64,000 bases of DNA. Origin: Clostridiales bacterium (GTDB taxonomy: Bacteria > Bacillota > Desulfotomaculia > Desulfotomaculales > VENG01). Location: positions 37,357-101,356 of the forward strand of contig JADQBQ010000017.1 of NCBI GenBank assembly GCA_016278505.1, read 5' to 3'. The translations under genes were made by a program, and so were the position numbers. Positions 54,646-64,000 of the stretch are shown here, in pieces. Position 1 is the first letter of the stretch. Every line of letters starts with the position of its first letter. Below the pieces are notes generated by a model. That model worked only from the letters and a program-made list of their open reading frames with translations, did not search any database and was not told where the DNA came from.

Positions 54646-56397
54646 TTACTCAGGAGGTGCCTTATCCACCTCTTCAGCCTCAAAAATCTGTGCAATACCT
54701 TCAAAATCCAAGCCCTGTTCCTCTTCCCGCCACTTTTTGGGTCTGTTTAGCCCGCTGCTACAGCGAACAGTCCAATTGCCTTTAAAAAAAGATCTCAAAA
54801 CACGAATAAGTATTTTTTGATTACTTTCCTTTTCCATCATATCTTTAGCAATATCTTCGTCTTCAAAACCCACTGTTAACATATCTCCAACAACACTCGC
54901 GGGCCAAGATAATTCCAAATAGGCACGAGTAGCCTTACTTTCCTTGTTCACCGCCTCCAAAATTTGAGGCCACATTCTACTGATTCTTTCTACTGGTATA
55001 CTGTCTTTGGGTACATTACCCTTTGGTGCCTCACCAACTGAATTGCTGTTTATGGTCTTTGCAACGACTTCTTCCTTTACATCAACTTCTTTCGTTACTA
55101 CACTTTCCTTCTTTGCCTTAACTTCTTCCTTTACTTCAACTTTTTCCTCTGTTGTAGTATCATTCCCTGAACTACCATTTTTGTTTCCTGGCTCAATATG
55201 GTTTTCCCCTGACTCAGATTCATATTGCATTTTAGGTCCATCATAATTTATTTCTTTTGCTGTATATGTAGCATTTATTTCGTTAAAAGAACCCTTTGCA
55301 TTAATGAATTCCTCTACCTTGGCCTCCAGACGCGCCAGGCGTAAAGCCAAATCATGGCCGGAATTGTGTCCTCCTCCGTCTACAGATTCAAACACAAACA
55401 ATTCAAATAACAAGCGGGGCTGTGAACTCCATTTCATTTCTTGCTCATACTGTACAAGAAGTTTAGTAATCTGTAAAAGTAAGCGCCTGTCTTTTTCATC
55501 CCCGGCCATACTCTTAACTAAAAGTTCTCTTAAATAAGAACCCATTTGGCGGGCAAAAATACGTAAATCTTTTCCCTCGGCAATAAGTGTATCGATCATT
55601 CTTACCGCATCGGAAGTATTACCTTTGACCAGGTTTTCTGTCATACTTATAATTACATCTTCATTCACAGTTCCTAAAATGCGGTGTATCTCTTCCGGGG
55701 TAATTTTTCCTTCTCCCAGGGATGATGCCTGGTCCATAATGCTCAAAGCATCCCTCAAACTACCGTCTGCAACCCTAGATATAACATATAATGCCTCTTC
55801 GCTTATCTCCAGGTTTGTTTTCCCGGCCACTTCCTGCATGCGACCAACCATTTCGGGAGCGGAAATAGGTCTAAAATCAAAACGTTGACATCTGGATAGA
55901 ATGGTTACCGGCACTTTATGCGGTTCGGTGGTAGCCAGTACGAAAATAACATGGGCCGGAGGCTCCTCAAGGGTTTTTAAAAGGGCATTAAAGGCCTCAT
56001 TGGTTAACATATGTACTTCATCAATAATATAAACTCTGTACCTGCAGCTGGAGGGAGAAAAATTGATCTTCTCTCTTAAGTCCCTAATTTCATCAATACC
56101 CCTGTTGGAGGCGGCATCTATTTCTATTACGTCCATGGAGTGCCCTTCATTGACGGCCCGACAATTGTCACAGCTGTTACACAGCTGCCCCCCGGGGCCT
56201 TCCACACAATTAAGGGCCTTAGCCAATACCTTGGCTGTGGTGGTTTTGCCGGTTCCCCGAGTACCGCAAAAAAGATAGGCATGGGAAACACGTCCGGCAG
56301 CAAATGCATTTTGCAGCGTCCTCGTTACATGCTGCTGACCCACTATTTCGGAGAAATTCTGGGGACGCCACTTTCTATATAAAGCCTGGTAGGTCAA
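54646..56397 (-). CDS. dnaX: DNA polymerase III subunits gamma/tau
   Basis: 583 aa. YRKWRPQ.F.E..GQ start, Walker A GTRGTGKTT, a zinc module and SRC motif (LSRCQRF), and an acidic/Lys-rich linker. Confidence 0.95.
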   Translation of the reverse strand: MTYQALYRKWRPQNFSEIVGQQHVTRTLQNAFAAGRVSHAYLFCGTRGTGKTTTAKVLAKALNCVEGPGGQLCNSCDNCRAVNEGHSMDVIEIDAASNRGIDEIRDLREKINFSPSSCRYRVYIIDEVHMLTNEAFNALLKTLEEPPAHVIFVLATTEPHKVPVTILSRCQRFDFRPISAPEMVGRMQEVAGKTNLEISEEALYVISRVADGSLRDALSIMDQASSLGEGKITPEEIHRILGTVNEDVIISMTENLVKGNTSDAVRMIDTLIAEGKDLRIFARQMGSYLRELLVKSMAGDEKDRRLLLQITKLLVQYEQEMKWSSQPRLLFELFVFESVDGGGHNSGHDLALRLARLEAKVEEFINAKGSFNEINATYTAKEINYDGPKMQYESESGENHIEPGNKNGSSGNDTTTEEKVEVKEEVKAKKESVVTKEVDVKEEVVAKTINSNSVGEAPKGNVPKDSIPVERISRMWPQILEAVNKESKATRAYLELSWPASVVGDMLTVGFEDEDIAKDMMEKESNQKILIRVLRSFFKGNWTVRCSSGLNRPKKWREEEQGLDFEGIAQIFEAEEVDKAPPE

Positions 56398-56535
56398 ATA
56401 TAAACCCTCCCTTAAAGAGGTTGTTGGAGGTTAGAATTTGATTAATCTCAAAGAACCTATTTCGCCATGATAAAATTTATTCCTTTTTTAAAAAATTGAA
56501 AAGACCATACCGCTTTTACGATATGGCCAAAATTA

Positions 56536-56806
56536 AAGCCGTGCACCCACCTTCGAATGATGGCTTCCGGGCGTTACTCCAGCAGGTAGCTCGAGTCAGG
56601 CACCCTCGCGGCACCCGGAGGGACTTCCTTAGTGCTGCTTCCGTCAGGATCTGACACAGTTCAGAAGACTCCGTCGCGCAAGACCCGGCCGTCAACACCC
56701 CTTACAGGAGCCGGACCCCACAAGCCAAACCCTCCGGCAGGAATTCGGCCCTGCTATAGCGGATTGCAGGTTCAGGGCACCGCTACCTCCCCACCTAGCA
56801 CGGCAA
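56536..56806 (-). ncRNA. ffs: signal recognition particle RNA, large Bacillus type with Alu domain (scRNA)
   Basis: The minus strand reads GCCGUGCUAGGUGGGGAGGUAGCGGUGCCCUGAACCUGCAAUCCGCUAUAGCAGGGCCGAAU...GUCAGAUCCUGACGGAAGCAGCACUAAGG...GGUGGGUGCACGGC. This resembles B. subtilis scRNA as recalled, including the domain IV GGAAGCAGC motif. It sits just upstream of dnaX, and a hairpin plus T-run follows at about 56493-56530. The ends are good to about 5 nt. Confidence 0.9.
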
Positions 56807-56821
56807 ATATAAAAATAAAAA

Positions 56822-56916
56822 TGGCGGAGAGAGAGGGATTCGAACCCTCGAGACGATTTCAGTACCGCCTACTCGCTTTCCAGGCGAGCGCCTTCAGCCA
56901 ACTCGGCCATCTCTCC
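56822..56916 (-). tRNA. tRNA-Ser (anticodon GGA)
   Basis: GGAGAGAUGGCCGAGUUGGCUGAAGGCGCUCGCCUGGAAAGCGAGUAGGCGGUACUGAAAUCGUCUCGAGGGUUCGAAUCCCUCUCUCUCCGCCA. It has a 7-bp acceptor stem, anticodon loop CU-GGA-AA, a long class II variable arm, a GGTTCGAAT T-loop and an encoded CCA. Confidence 0.95.
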
Positions 56917-56962
56917 GCAGTGCATTTATTTATAAGCTGTCTCCAACAATTGCGCACAGATT

Positions 56963-56991
56963 ATTATACATATATTTTGAGCCGGATGCAA
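56963..56991 (-). promoter_or_regulatory. sigma-A promoter for tRNA-Ser / SRP RNA (/dnaX)
   Basis: On the minus strand: TTGCAT, 17 nt, TATAAT, about 45 nt upstream of the tRNA 5' end. Confidence 0.6.
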
Positions 56992-57091
56992 GGGTTTTTA
57001 GCTATTATTCCAGACCCTAAACAATAAAATTAATGGTATTACTTCCACTATGATCAAGGAAAGCTTATTTATCCCTCACACCGGCTTGGGT

Positions 57092-57376
57092 TTAAACCGC
57101 CTCCGTTTTTCTGACTACATCATGATATTCTTCGCCCAGCGTGGTAAGGCTGCAAATCTTACTCTTGCCTTCGGAATAAACATCCACCAGGCCCAATGCA
57201 TAAAGCTGCATAATAACATGGTCCAGAACCGCTCTTTTCACCCGGGAAACCAGGGAAAGTTCCTCTTTGTTCATGTGTCCTTCCGTTACCAGCACATTGA
57301 GTACTTTATCCGCCTCTTCGGGTAACCGTTTGGAAACACTGGTTAAGTATTCCACAAGGGTCATATTTTTTATCAT
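57092..57376 (-). CDS. small winged-helix-like DNA-binding protein (hypothetical)
   Basis: 94 aa. The helical pattern and the ...ELSLVSRVKRAVLDHVIMQLYALGLVDV...ICSLTTLG segment resemble a MarR/ArsR-like wHTH. The assignment is by eye only. Confidence 0.45.
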   Translation of the reverse strand: MIKNMTLVEYLTSVSKRLPEEADKVLNVLVTEGHMNKEELSLVSRVKRAVLDHVIMQLYALGLVDVYSEGKSKICSLTTLGEEYHDVVRKTEAV

Positions 57377-57477
57377 TTAATTAATACCTCCTTATTTCTA
57401 GTGTTAACCTTTTGTCCTTAATTAATAAGCCAATATTGAAAAATCGCCACAAAAAAATGAATTAATAAAATAACTAA

Positions 57478-57972
57478 GACCAATGACGACCTTACTTTTG
57501 CGCACAGCGAATAAATTGAATCGATTGCCATATATATGGCAAGGTATACTTTCCTAAAGTACGAGATGAAGTGAACTCGCTCAGTTAAAGCTGAACATCG
57601 GAGCTAAAGAGAGACTCCCACTTCTAGAAGTGGGAGTCTTAAGAATCAGATTAAGATGTAATTTTAGACCAATGACGACCCTGTCTTTTGCGCAGAGCGA
57701 ATGAATTGAATCGAGCAACTGCCAGGCTTAGCGAAGTCGATAAGCGGAAGCGGGACCGAGCACAGGACGTGCGAGGCCGCCCCCTGAGCCAGGACGGCGG
57801 ACGGCAATGGCATTAAGACTGTTTTCTGAATAGTAACTTTTATCTATGCCATTGCGGAAACAGCTGGTCTTAATTAGGAAGCTTAGTAATTTGGGAATCC
57901 CGCTGGAGCGTGAGACTGAGCTTTAGCCTGGCCTGCGAGATGAAATGAATGAGCGGGCGCAAAAGACAGGTT
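57478..57972 (+). repeat. ~500-bp composite repeat array: partial A (57478-57524), module B (57525-57560), module D (57561-57643), and full A copy 2 (57679-57972) carrying a ~99-bp apical insertion
   Basis: Each block matches other loci: A = 49199..49408, B = 10688..10727, D = 28496..28577. In A copy 2, 57800-57898 replaces the 13-nt apical sequence aatggggcgggta of copy 1 and contains its own inverted repeat ggcaatggcat/atgccattgc. Confidence 0.85.
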
Positions 57973-58035
57973 AGAAAAACTAAATTTTCAAGCCCGCAGG
58001 TTCATCAGTATGAGTTAGTTTATACCTTTAGCATT

Positions 58036-59289
58036 TTACAGATCTGAAAAATCAAGGGTGGAAAAATAATCATCGATGGTTTCGGCCCGCCTGATCAATT
58101 TTACAGTTCCGTCCGGCCTCAATAATAGCTCTGCCGAACGCAGCTTGCCATTATAATTAAAACCCATAGCATGACCGTGCGCCCCTGTATCATGAATGAC
58201 AACTATGTCCCCGATATCAATCTTAGGAAGTTTGCGGTCAACAGCAAACTTATCTATATTCTCACATAATGAGCCGGTTACATCATAAGTATGATCATGA
58301 GACATGTCTTCTTTACCGGGCACAGTAATATGGTGATAGGCACCGTACATGCCCGGGCGCATTAAATCAACCATACATGCGTCGAGTCCCACATAATTTT
58401 TATAAGTCTCCTTCTTATGCAGCACTTTGGATACTAAATAACCATATGGCCCGGTAATCATACGCCCGCTTTCCAAAGCCAGCTTTAAAGGATGTAGGCC
58501 ACCGGCCGTAATTTTTCTTTCGTAAGCATCCTTAACACCTTGACCTACATAATTTAAATCAACCGCTTCCTCCCCAGGATTATACGGTATCCCTATGCCC
58601 CCGCCAAAATTAACAAATTCAATGCGTATACCAAGATCACGGTATATTTCAACCACCAAGTCAAACATCATATTTGCCGTCTCTATAAAGTAATTAGGGT
58701 CAAGCTCATTGGAAATAACCATGGTATGCAGGCCGAAGCGTTTTACCCCCTTATCACGCATCAGTCTGAAGGCATCAATAATCTGCTCATGGGTAAGCCC
58801 GTATTTGGCCTCCTCAGGTTTTCCAATAATAGTATTACCGCCCTCACGCAGCGGCCCCGGGTTATACCGGAAGGAAATAATATCCGGTATTCCGGCATGC
58901 TTAGCTAAATATTCTATATGGCTTATATCATCGAGGTTTATGATGGCGCCTAATTCCCTGGCCACCTTATACTCACTGGCAGGGGTATTATTTGATGAAA
59001 ACATTATATTTTCACCGTATATACCTGCCTTGTCAGCCATTATCAATTCCGCCAAGGAACTGCAGTCGGCACCGAAACCTTCTTCTTTCAATATTTTTAT
59101 TATGTGTGGATTCGGAGTGGCCTTGACCGCAAAATACTCCTTAAATTCAGGTGCCCATGCAAAAGCCTGCAGCAATTTCCTGGCATTTTCACGGATAGAT
59201 TTTTCATCATAAATATGAAAAGGTGTAGGAAATTTGCTTATGATTTCAATTAAAAAATCTTTAGAAAATGGTAACTTTTTTTTTGACAT
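58036..59289 (-). CDS. lysA: fold-type III PLP decarboxylase, diaminopimelate-decarboxylase-like
   Basis: 417 aa. N-terminal TPFHIYDE.....N and the PLP-lysine context FAVKA. C-terminal beta-barrel with a CE..D motif (SLCENIDKF). Assignment to LysA versus a related decarboxylase has not been verified. Confidence 0.7.
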   Translation of the reverse strand: MSKKKLPFSKDFLIEIISKFPTPFHIYDEKSIRENARKLLQAFAWAPEFKEYFAVKATPNPHIIKILKEEGFGADCSSLAELIMADKAGIYGENIMFSSNNTPASEYKVARELGAIINLDDISHIEYLAKHAGIPDIISFRYNPGPLREGGNTIIGKPEEAKYGLTHEQIIDAFRLMRDKGVKRFGLHTMVISNELDPNYFIETANMMFDLVVEIYRDLGIRIEFVNFGGGIGIPYNPGEEAVDLNYVGQGVKDAYERKITAGGLHPLKLALESGRMITGPYGYLVSKVLHKKETYKNYVGLDACMVDLMRPGMYGAYHHITVPGKEDMSHDHTYDVTGSLCENIDKFAVDRKLPKIDIGDIVVIHDTGAHGHAMGFNYNGKLRSAELLLRPDGTVKLIRRAETIDDYFSTLDFSDL

Positions 59290-59489
59290 AAGATTAATGC
59301 TCCTCCCCTAACTGCACTGAGTCCTTTTTAAATTAATTCCCATTCGACATAAATTTACTATTTTCCTCCACAGTAAAACAAACACACCATATTTATTACC
59401 AACTACCTCTAATATTCTCATTAGAATTATTTTTACTTATAGATTACAATATAAATATACTATGTAAACAACTGATTTGAGGGGATTAA

Positions 59490-62018
59490 ATGAACATTGC
59501 CAAAACAATTTTTCAGAGAATAAACCAAGGCTGGTCGCACACCAAAACTGATTTTATCATAAAAGCAGGCTCATTTATACAGAATCGGTTAAACACCCAA
59601 AGCCCACCGGGTAAAAACCGTAAAATATTAGAAAATAATACTATGGATTATACTACAACTAATTCCGTCACTCTCAATAATAAAAACGGAAAGATCAATT
59701 GCGGTCCTTTTAACCAGGGAATTTTTCGCGTATACCTAAGAGACAACAGCGCAAAAACCTCCTGGCACGAACACAACTCCTGGGCAGTAGATCTTACCAA
59801 TACCGAGAAGTCTGGCTGGGAAATAAGTAAGAAAAGCGACACTACTGTTTTTACTTATTCGTTAGCCAACCAATCAAAAGCAAAACTAAAGATTGACGCG
59901 CTAAAAGGAAGCATCTCTGTGCAGATTGGCCAAGATTCAGTTATGGCTGATTTACTTCCGCCGCAGGCCGGTCAAGAATGGATTTGTGTGCAAAAACATT
60001 TATTGCACCCGGGTGATGTCCATATTTTTGGCCTTGGTGAAAACACACACCCTATGAATAAAGCCGGTCAAAAGATTACCATGTGGAACAGTGACAGGTC
60101 AAATTATAAAAAAGGAACCAACCCTCTTTACCAATCATGGCCCGTTGTGGTATTTCAATACAGCGAGGGGCCGGCTTTCGGCCTGGTCTTCGATAACCCA
60201 AGCTACTCTGTATTTGATTGTTCGCTTGACGGTAAAAAGATTGATTACGCGGTACAGGACAATGAATTAAACTATTATATTCTTTTGGGCCCCACCCTGC
60301 CGGAAGTAATGAAACAATTATCTATACTAACCGGTAAATTGACCCCATTACCAAAGTGGAGCCTGGGCTACCAGCAAAGTCGTTGGAGTTATATGCCATC
60401 AGCGCGTGTCCGCGAAGTAGCAGCTGAATTCCGTAAGAGGGACATTCCATGTGACACTATTTATCTTGATATTGATTACATGGAAAAATTTAAATGTTTC
60501 ACGTGGGGAAAAGATTTTGAGGATTATAAAAAATTAGTTAAGGAATTACACGCCCAGGGATTTAAAATTGTTCCCATAATTGACCCGGGCTTAAAAATAG
60601 AAAAGGGCTATCCTCCATACGATGCTGGCATTAAACAGGGAATGTTTATTACCGATGGCAAAGGTAAACCGGTAACCAGAAAGGTTTGGGCAGGCTCCAG
60701 CCATTTCCCGGATTTTATAAATTCCCGTACTCGCGCATGGTGGGGAGAACTTATGCAAGAATTTATCAAATCCGGAGTGGATGGAATATGGTGCGATATG
60801 AATGAACCCTCCACTTTTGACTGCCGGCGCACGCTTCCCGGTAACGTTATGCACAAAATATCGGAAAAAGTTAGCATGCCGCATAAAAAAGTGCACAATA
60901 TTTACGGTCTTATGATGTCCAAGGCTACGCACCAAGGGCTACGCAAAACAACCCAGCTGCCTTATGTAATCACGCGGTCATCTTATTTAGGTGGACAGAA
61001 ATATGCCGTTACCTGGACAGGAGACAATGGAAGTGATTGGGAGCACTTCAGGGCCAGTATTCCTATGATACTAAACCTGGGACTTTCCGGCCAACCTATT
61101 TCCGGACCGGATATAGGTGGTTTTAAAGGTACACCGCCTGCAGAATTATATGAACGCTGGATCCTTCAAGGTGCTTTATATCCGTTCAGCAGATCACACA
61201 CTGGACAAGGAACTAAAGATCAAGAACCGTGGTCTTTTGGGGAAGAAGTGGAAAAGAGTGCGCGCATGGCCATTAAGCTTCGTTACCGCCTCATTCCTTA
61301 TATGTACTCACTGCTTTATGAAGCATCTCAAAATGGGCAACCCGTAATGCGTCCTATTTTTTATCACACCCCCACCGGTGAAGCATTAAAACCGGAACAT
61401 TATGAAACGGAATTCATGCTGGGACCCCACCTTCTGGTGGCACCGTTAATGGATAGGGCATCAACCAGAAGTTGTTATATTCCTCCGGGCAAATGGTACT
61501 CCTGGTGGTGTCGTGAAGAACGTATTGGTGGACAGAACTATAAAACAACAAACAGCGACACTACGCTGCCGCTGTTTGTAAAAGAAAATGCCATTATACC
61601 CTTGTACCCAAAAGCTCCTTCATTTGTACCGAACAAGTCCTTGGAAAGCCTGGAAATTTTAATAACCGTAAATGACAGAGCTGAAGGAACTATTGTTGAT
61701 TATTTTGATCAGGAATCTATATTTGCCTATCAAGTTCAAGCCACAGCCAAACAAGACCGGTTAGCTATAAAGATTGACTTACAGCAAGAGGGTAGTATTC
61801 CCAAGGACTATCACCCTCCTCAAACGCTGCATATGCTGCTTAATCGTCAAATTAGTGATCTGCAATTACATTCCATTCACCAGGGTTATTCTTTACTGCC
61901 CGACTCGATTAATAAAACTTGGACACGGATAACAATACACGCTCCGGTGTTCCCCTTTAGAGGGGAGGCAATATCTGACCTGGTAGAGCAAGCGGGGACG
62001 GTTCTCACTTGCTCCTAA
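59490..62018 (+). CDS. glycoside hydrolase family 31 alpha-glucosidase
   Basis: GH31 nucleophile motif DGIWCDMNEPS and acid/base region WTGDN.S.W. The start may be the internal Met at 59643 (MDYTTTN...). Confidence 0.9.
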   Translation: MNIAKTIFQRINQGWSHTKTDFIIKAGSFIQNRLNTQSPPGKNRKILENNTMDYTTTNSVTLNNKNGKINCGPFNQGIFRVYLRDNSAKTSWHEHNSWAVDLTNTEKSGWEISKKSDTTVFTYSLANQSKAKLKIDALKGSISVQIGQDSVMADLLPPQAGQEWICVQKHLLHPGDVHIFGLGENTHPMNKAGQKITMWNSDRSNYKKGTNPLYQSWPVVVFQYSEGPAFGLVFDNPSYSVFDCSLDGKKIDYAVQDNELNYYILLGPTLPEVMKQLSILTGKLTPLPKWSLGYQQSRWSYMPSARVREVAAEFRKRDIPCDTIYLDIDYMEKFKCFTWGKDFEDYKKLVKELHAQGFKIVPIIDPGLKIEKGYPPYDAGIKQGMFITDGKGKPVTRKVWAGSSHFPDFINSRTRAWWGELMQEFIKSGVDGIWCDMNEPSTFDCRRTLPGNVMHKISEKVSMPHKKVHNIYGLMMSKATHQGLRKTTQLPYVITRSSYLGGQKYAVTWTGDNGSDWEHFRASIPMILNLGLSGQPISGPDIGGFKGTPPAELYERWILQGALYPFSRSHTGQGTKDQEPWSFGEEVEKSARMAIKLRYRLIPYMYSLLYEASQNGQPVMRPIFYHTPTGEALKPEHYETEFMLGPHLLVAPLMDRASTRSCYIPPGKWYSWWCREERIGGQNYKTTNSDTTLPLFVKENAIIPLYPKAPSFVPNKSLESLEILITVNDRAEGTIVDYFDQESIFAYQVQATAKQDRLAIKIDLQQEGSIPKDYHPPQTLHMLLNRQISDLQLHSIHQGYSLLPDSINKTWTRITIHAPVFPFRGEAISDLVEQAGTVLTCS

Positions 62019-62031
62019 CTTTTCCTATTTT

Positions 62032-63905
62032 TTAGTTTTTATAGCCTTCTATATTGTACTCATCTTTAGCCTGACCTAAGTTACCAGCTTCAATTTCATA
62101 ATTATCAACTTTAAATTTATCTATAGTGTTTTGCAACTCACCGGCTATATTGGCCAGTTCTTGCGCTGCACCGGATACCTGCTGCACTGTTGACGTAATT
62201 TGTTCGTTAGAGGCGGACAGCTGCTGCATACCTTCATTGCTCTGCTCTATTCCGGCAGCCAAGTCTTTCACAACTGTGGTATTCTTTTGTATAGCCTTGC
62301 TGATTTGTTCCAGGGCAACTCCGGCATTGTTAGCCACCTGAACCCCTTCACTTACTTCTGAGGCCCCATGTTCCATGGCGTTTATTGCTTCCCCCACACC
62401 CACTTGTATTTCCTTAATCAAACCGGTAATTTGATTTGCTGCTTCTGCTGATTGTTCAGCCAGTTTGCGGACTTCTTCAGCTACCACGGCAAATCCCTTG
62501 CCGTGTTCACCGGCTCTAGCCGCTTCTATAGCAGCATTTAAAGCTAAAAGGTTAGTCTGATCCGCTATGTTGGTTATAGTGTCAATAATGTTACCTATTT
62601 GTTCAGATTGGGTGCCAAGTTTATTTACGGCCGTGGAAACGCTTTCCGAACTATTGGCTATGGACTTTATTTTTTCCACGGTCTCTTGTACGGCTTTATT
62701 GCCTTCTTCGGCAACCTGCTGCACCTGTTCAGATTCTTGGGCTGCACTGCCGGCATTTTCAGCTCCCTGGCTGGAGGTGGCCGCCACTTCATTGGTAGTA
62801 CTGGCCACCTCTTCCACTGTGGCGCTTACCTCTTCACTGGAAGAAGCTAATTCCTGGCTGTGGGAAGCCACTTGGGCGGAACTGTCCTGTACACTGGTAA
62901 TCATAGTTTTTAAACTGTCCACCATCTCCGAAAATGCACCGGCCAAAACACCTATCTCATCTTTTCTGTTGCCCACTTCTACCTTACGGGTTAAATCACC
63001 GTGAGCAACAGCTTCGGCGGCCCGGCTTAATTTTACCATGGGCTTGGATACGGTATTGGCAATAAGTATGGCAATAACCAGCATAATCACCATGGCAATT
63101 ATGGTCACCATTACACTGGTATTTCGAATAATACCCAGTGGCTCCATAATATCCGCCATGTTTGCTGATTGAGCGATAGCCCAGCCCGTTACTTCAATGG
63201 GAGCATAAGCCATCAACTTTTCCGTTCCCTGATAAGTGTAGGATCCATATCCTTTTTCACCCTGGCTCATCCGTTCAAATAAATCGGTTAACCGCTGGTC
63301 ACCTGCATTTACAATTTTCTTATTTCCGACCCATTCATCAGTGGGATGAGCAATGGTGGACATGTCTGTATTTTGAATTAGCAATGCAATGTAACGCATA
63401 CCCCCACCAGGCCGCTGGGTTCTGTTTGACCTGCTTGGAAGGTTGGTGCCACCACAACGATAATATCGTTACCGGTAGCCTTACTTACAATAGGATCTGA
63501 AATAACGGCCTCACCGGTCTGCATGGCTTGCTGGAAGTAATCTCTGTCCGTGATATTGAAAACGGTATCATTGGTACCGGCACTTTCACCATTTTGGTCA
63601 GAAGCATAAAGCAATTCAAATTCTTCATGTTTACTTAATACCTGTTTTAAAAAAGGGAGATATTTTTCCGGATCCCCGCTTTTTACAACTTCACTTTCTG
63701 CTATGTCTGCCATTTCACTTATCAGGCCTTTTAGCCACTGATCCACTATCCTGGCATTATATTCCGCACTGTGGGCCGCCGCCTTGGATAACTCCTCTTC
63801 CAAAATGTTAGAGGAATTGCTATAATTTAGATAAGAAACGGCCCCTAATGCTACCGCTGCAGCCACCGTTATGATCAGCATTAATTTTAATTTTAAACTA
63901 TGCAC
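62032..63905 (-). pseudogene. methyl-accepting chemotaxis protein (dCache sensor, HAMP, MA domain) split by a -1 frameshift in a C5/G5 run
   Basis: ORFs 63378..63905 (TM plus first Cache half) and 62032..63399 (second Cache half, TM, HAMP, signalling domain [35 protein letters not shown]) overlap in different frames at 63401-63405. Adding one G restores ...[16 protein letters not shown]... Confidence 0.8.
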
Positions 63906-64000
63906 ATAATTACCCCCTCAGCTTGTTGAACTTTTCCAAAGTTACTAATTAATTATCTTCTCCATATCTAAAAAAAGAATTATATTGTTTTCTTGATGTA

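Noticed and set aside
54646-56397. Programmed ribosomal frameshift site in dnaX (gamma subunit production as in E. coli)
   Set aside because: No A AAA AAG-type slippery heptamer with a downstream hairpin was found in the coding strand. Firmicute dnaX genes generally lack this mechanism.
58709-59212. 167-aa plus-strand ORF inside the lysA-like gene
   Set aside because: It is antisense to a well-supported PLP decarboxylase gene and has no independent support.

Overview
Origin-proximal housekeeping and sporulation region of an anaerobic, endospore-forming Firmicute. Gene content looks Peptococcaceae/Desulfotomaculum-like, but taxonomy cannot be proven from this window. Nearly all genes lie on the minus strand and follow the conserved Bacillus order: tRNA-Ser, SRP RNA, dnaX, ybaB, recR, bofA ... 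gin(csfB), yaaO-like decarboxylase, tmk, holB, yaaT/ricT, yabA, rsmI, abrB(+), T-box-metG, tatD, cobO, yabE, rsmA/ksgA, ykuK-like, yabG ... ispE, GntR, ilvA-like, spoVG, glmU, prs (truncated at the edge). Three blocks interrupt this backbone: addB-addA, a 4-subunit 2-oxoacid:ferredoxin oxidoreductase, and a spore-envelope-type cluster (SPOCS/LysM proteins, a triple-CAP protein, a second YbaB with small paralogous proteins). The main finding is a trypsin-fold serine protease gene directly downstream of yabG that is split into two in-frame halves by a 9,513-bp element (16581-26108). The element is bounded by a perfect 15-bp direct repeat and carries a large serine recombinase at one end, which is a skin/SPbeta-like 'intervening element' architecture. 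Its cargo is metabolic and oxidative-stress genes rather than phage genes. Second, at least six intergenic sites hold a mosaic of repeat modules, including a GC-rich ~210-bp multi-hairpin element in three copies, two of them carrying nested insertions. A dCache chemoreceptor gene is frameshifted at a C5 run. No CRISPR array, rRNA or prophage structural genes were seen.
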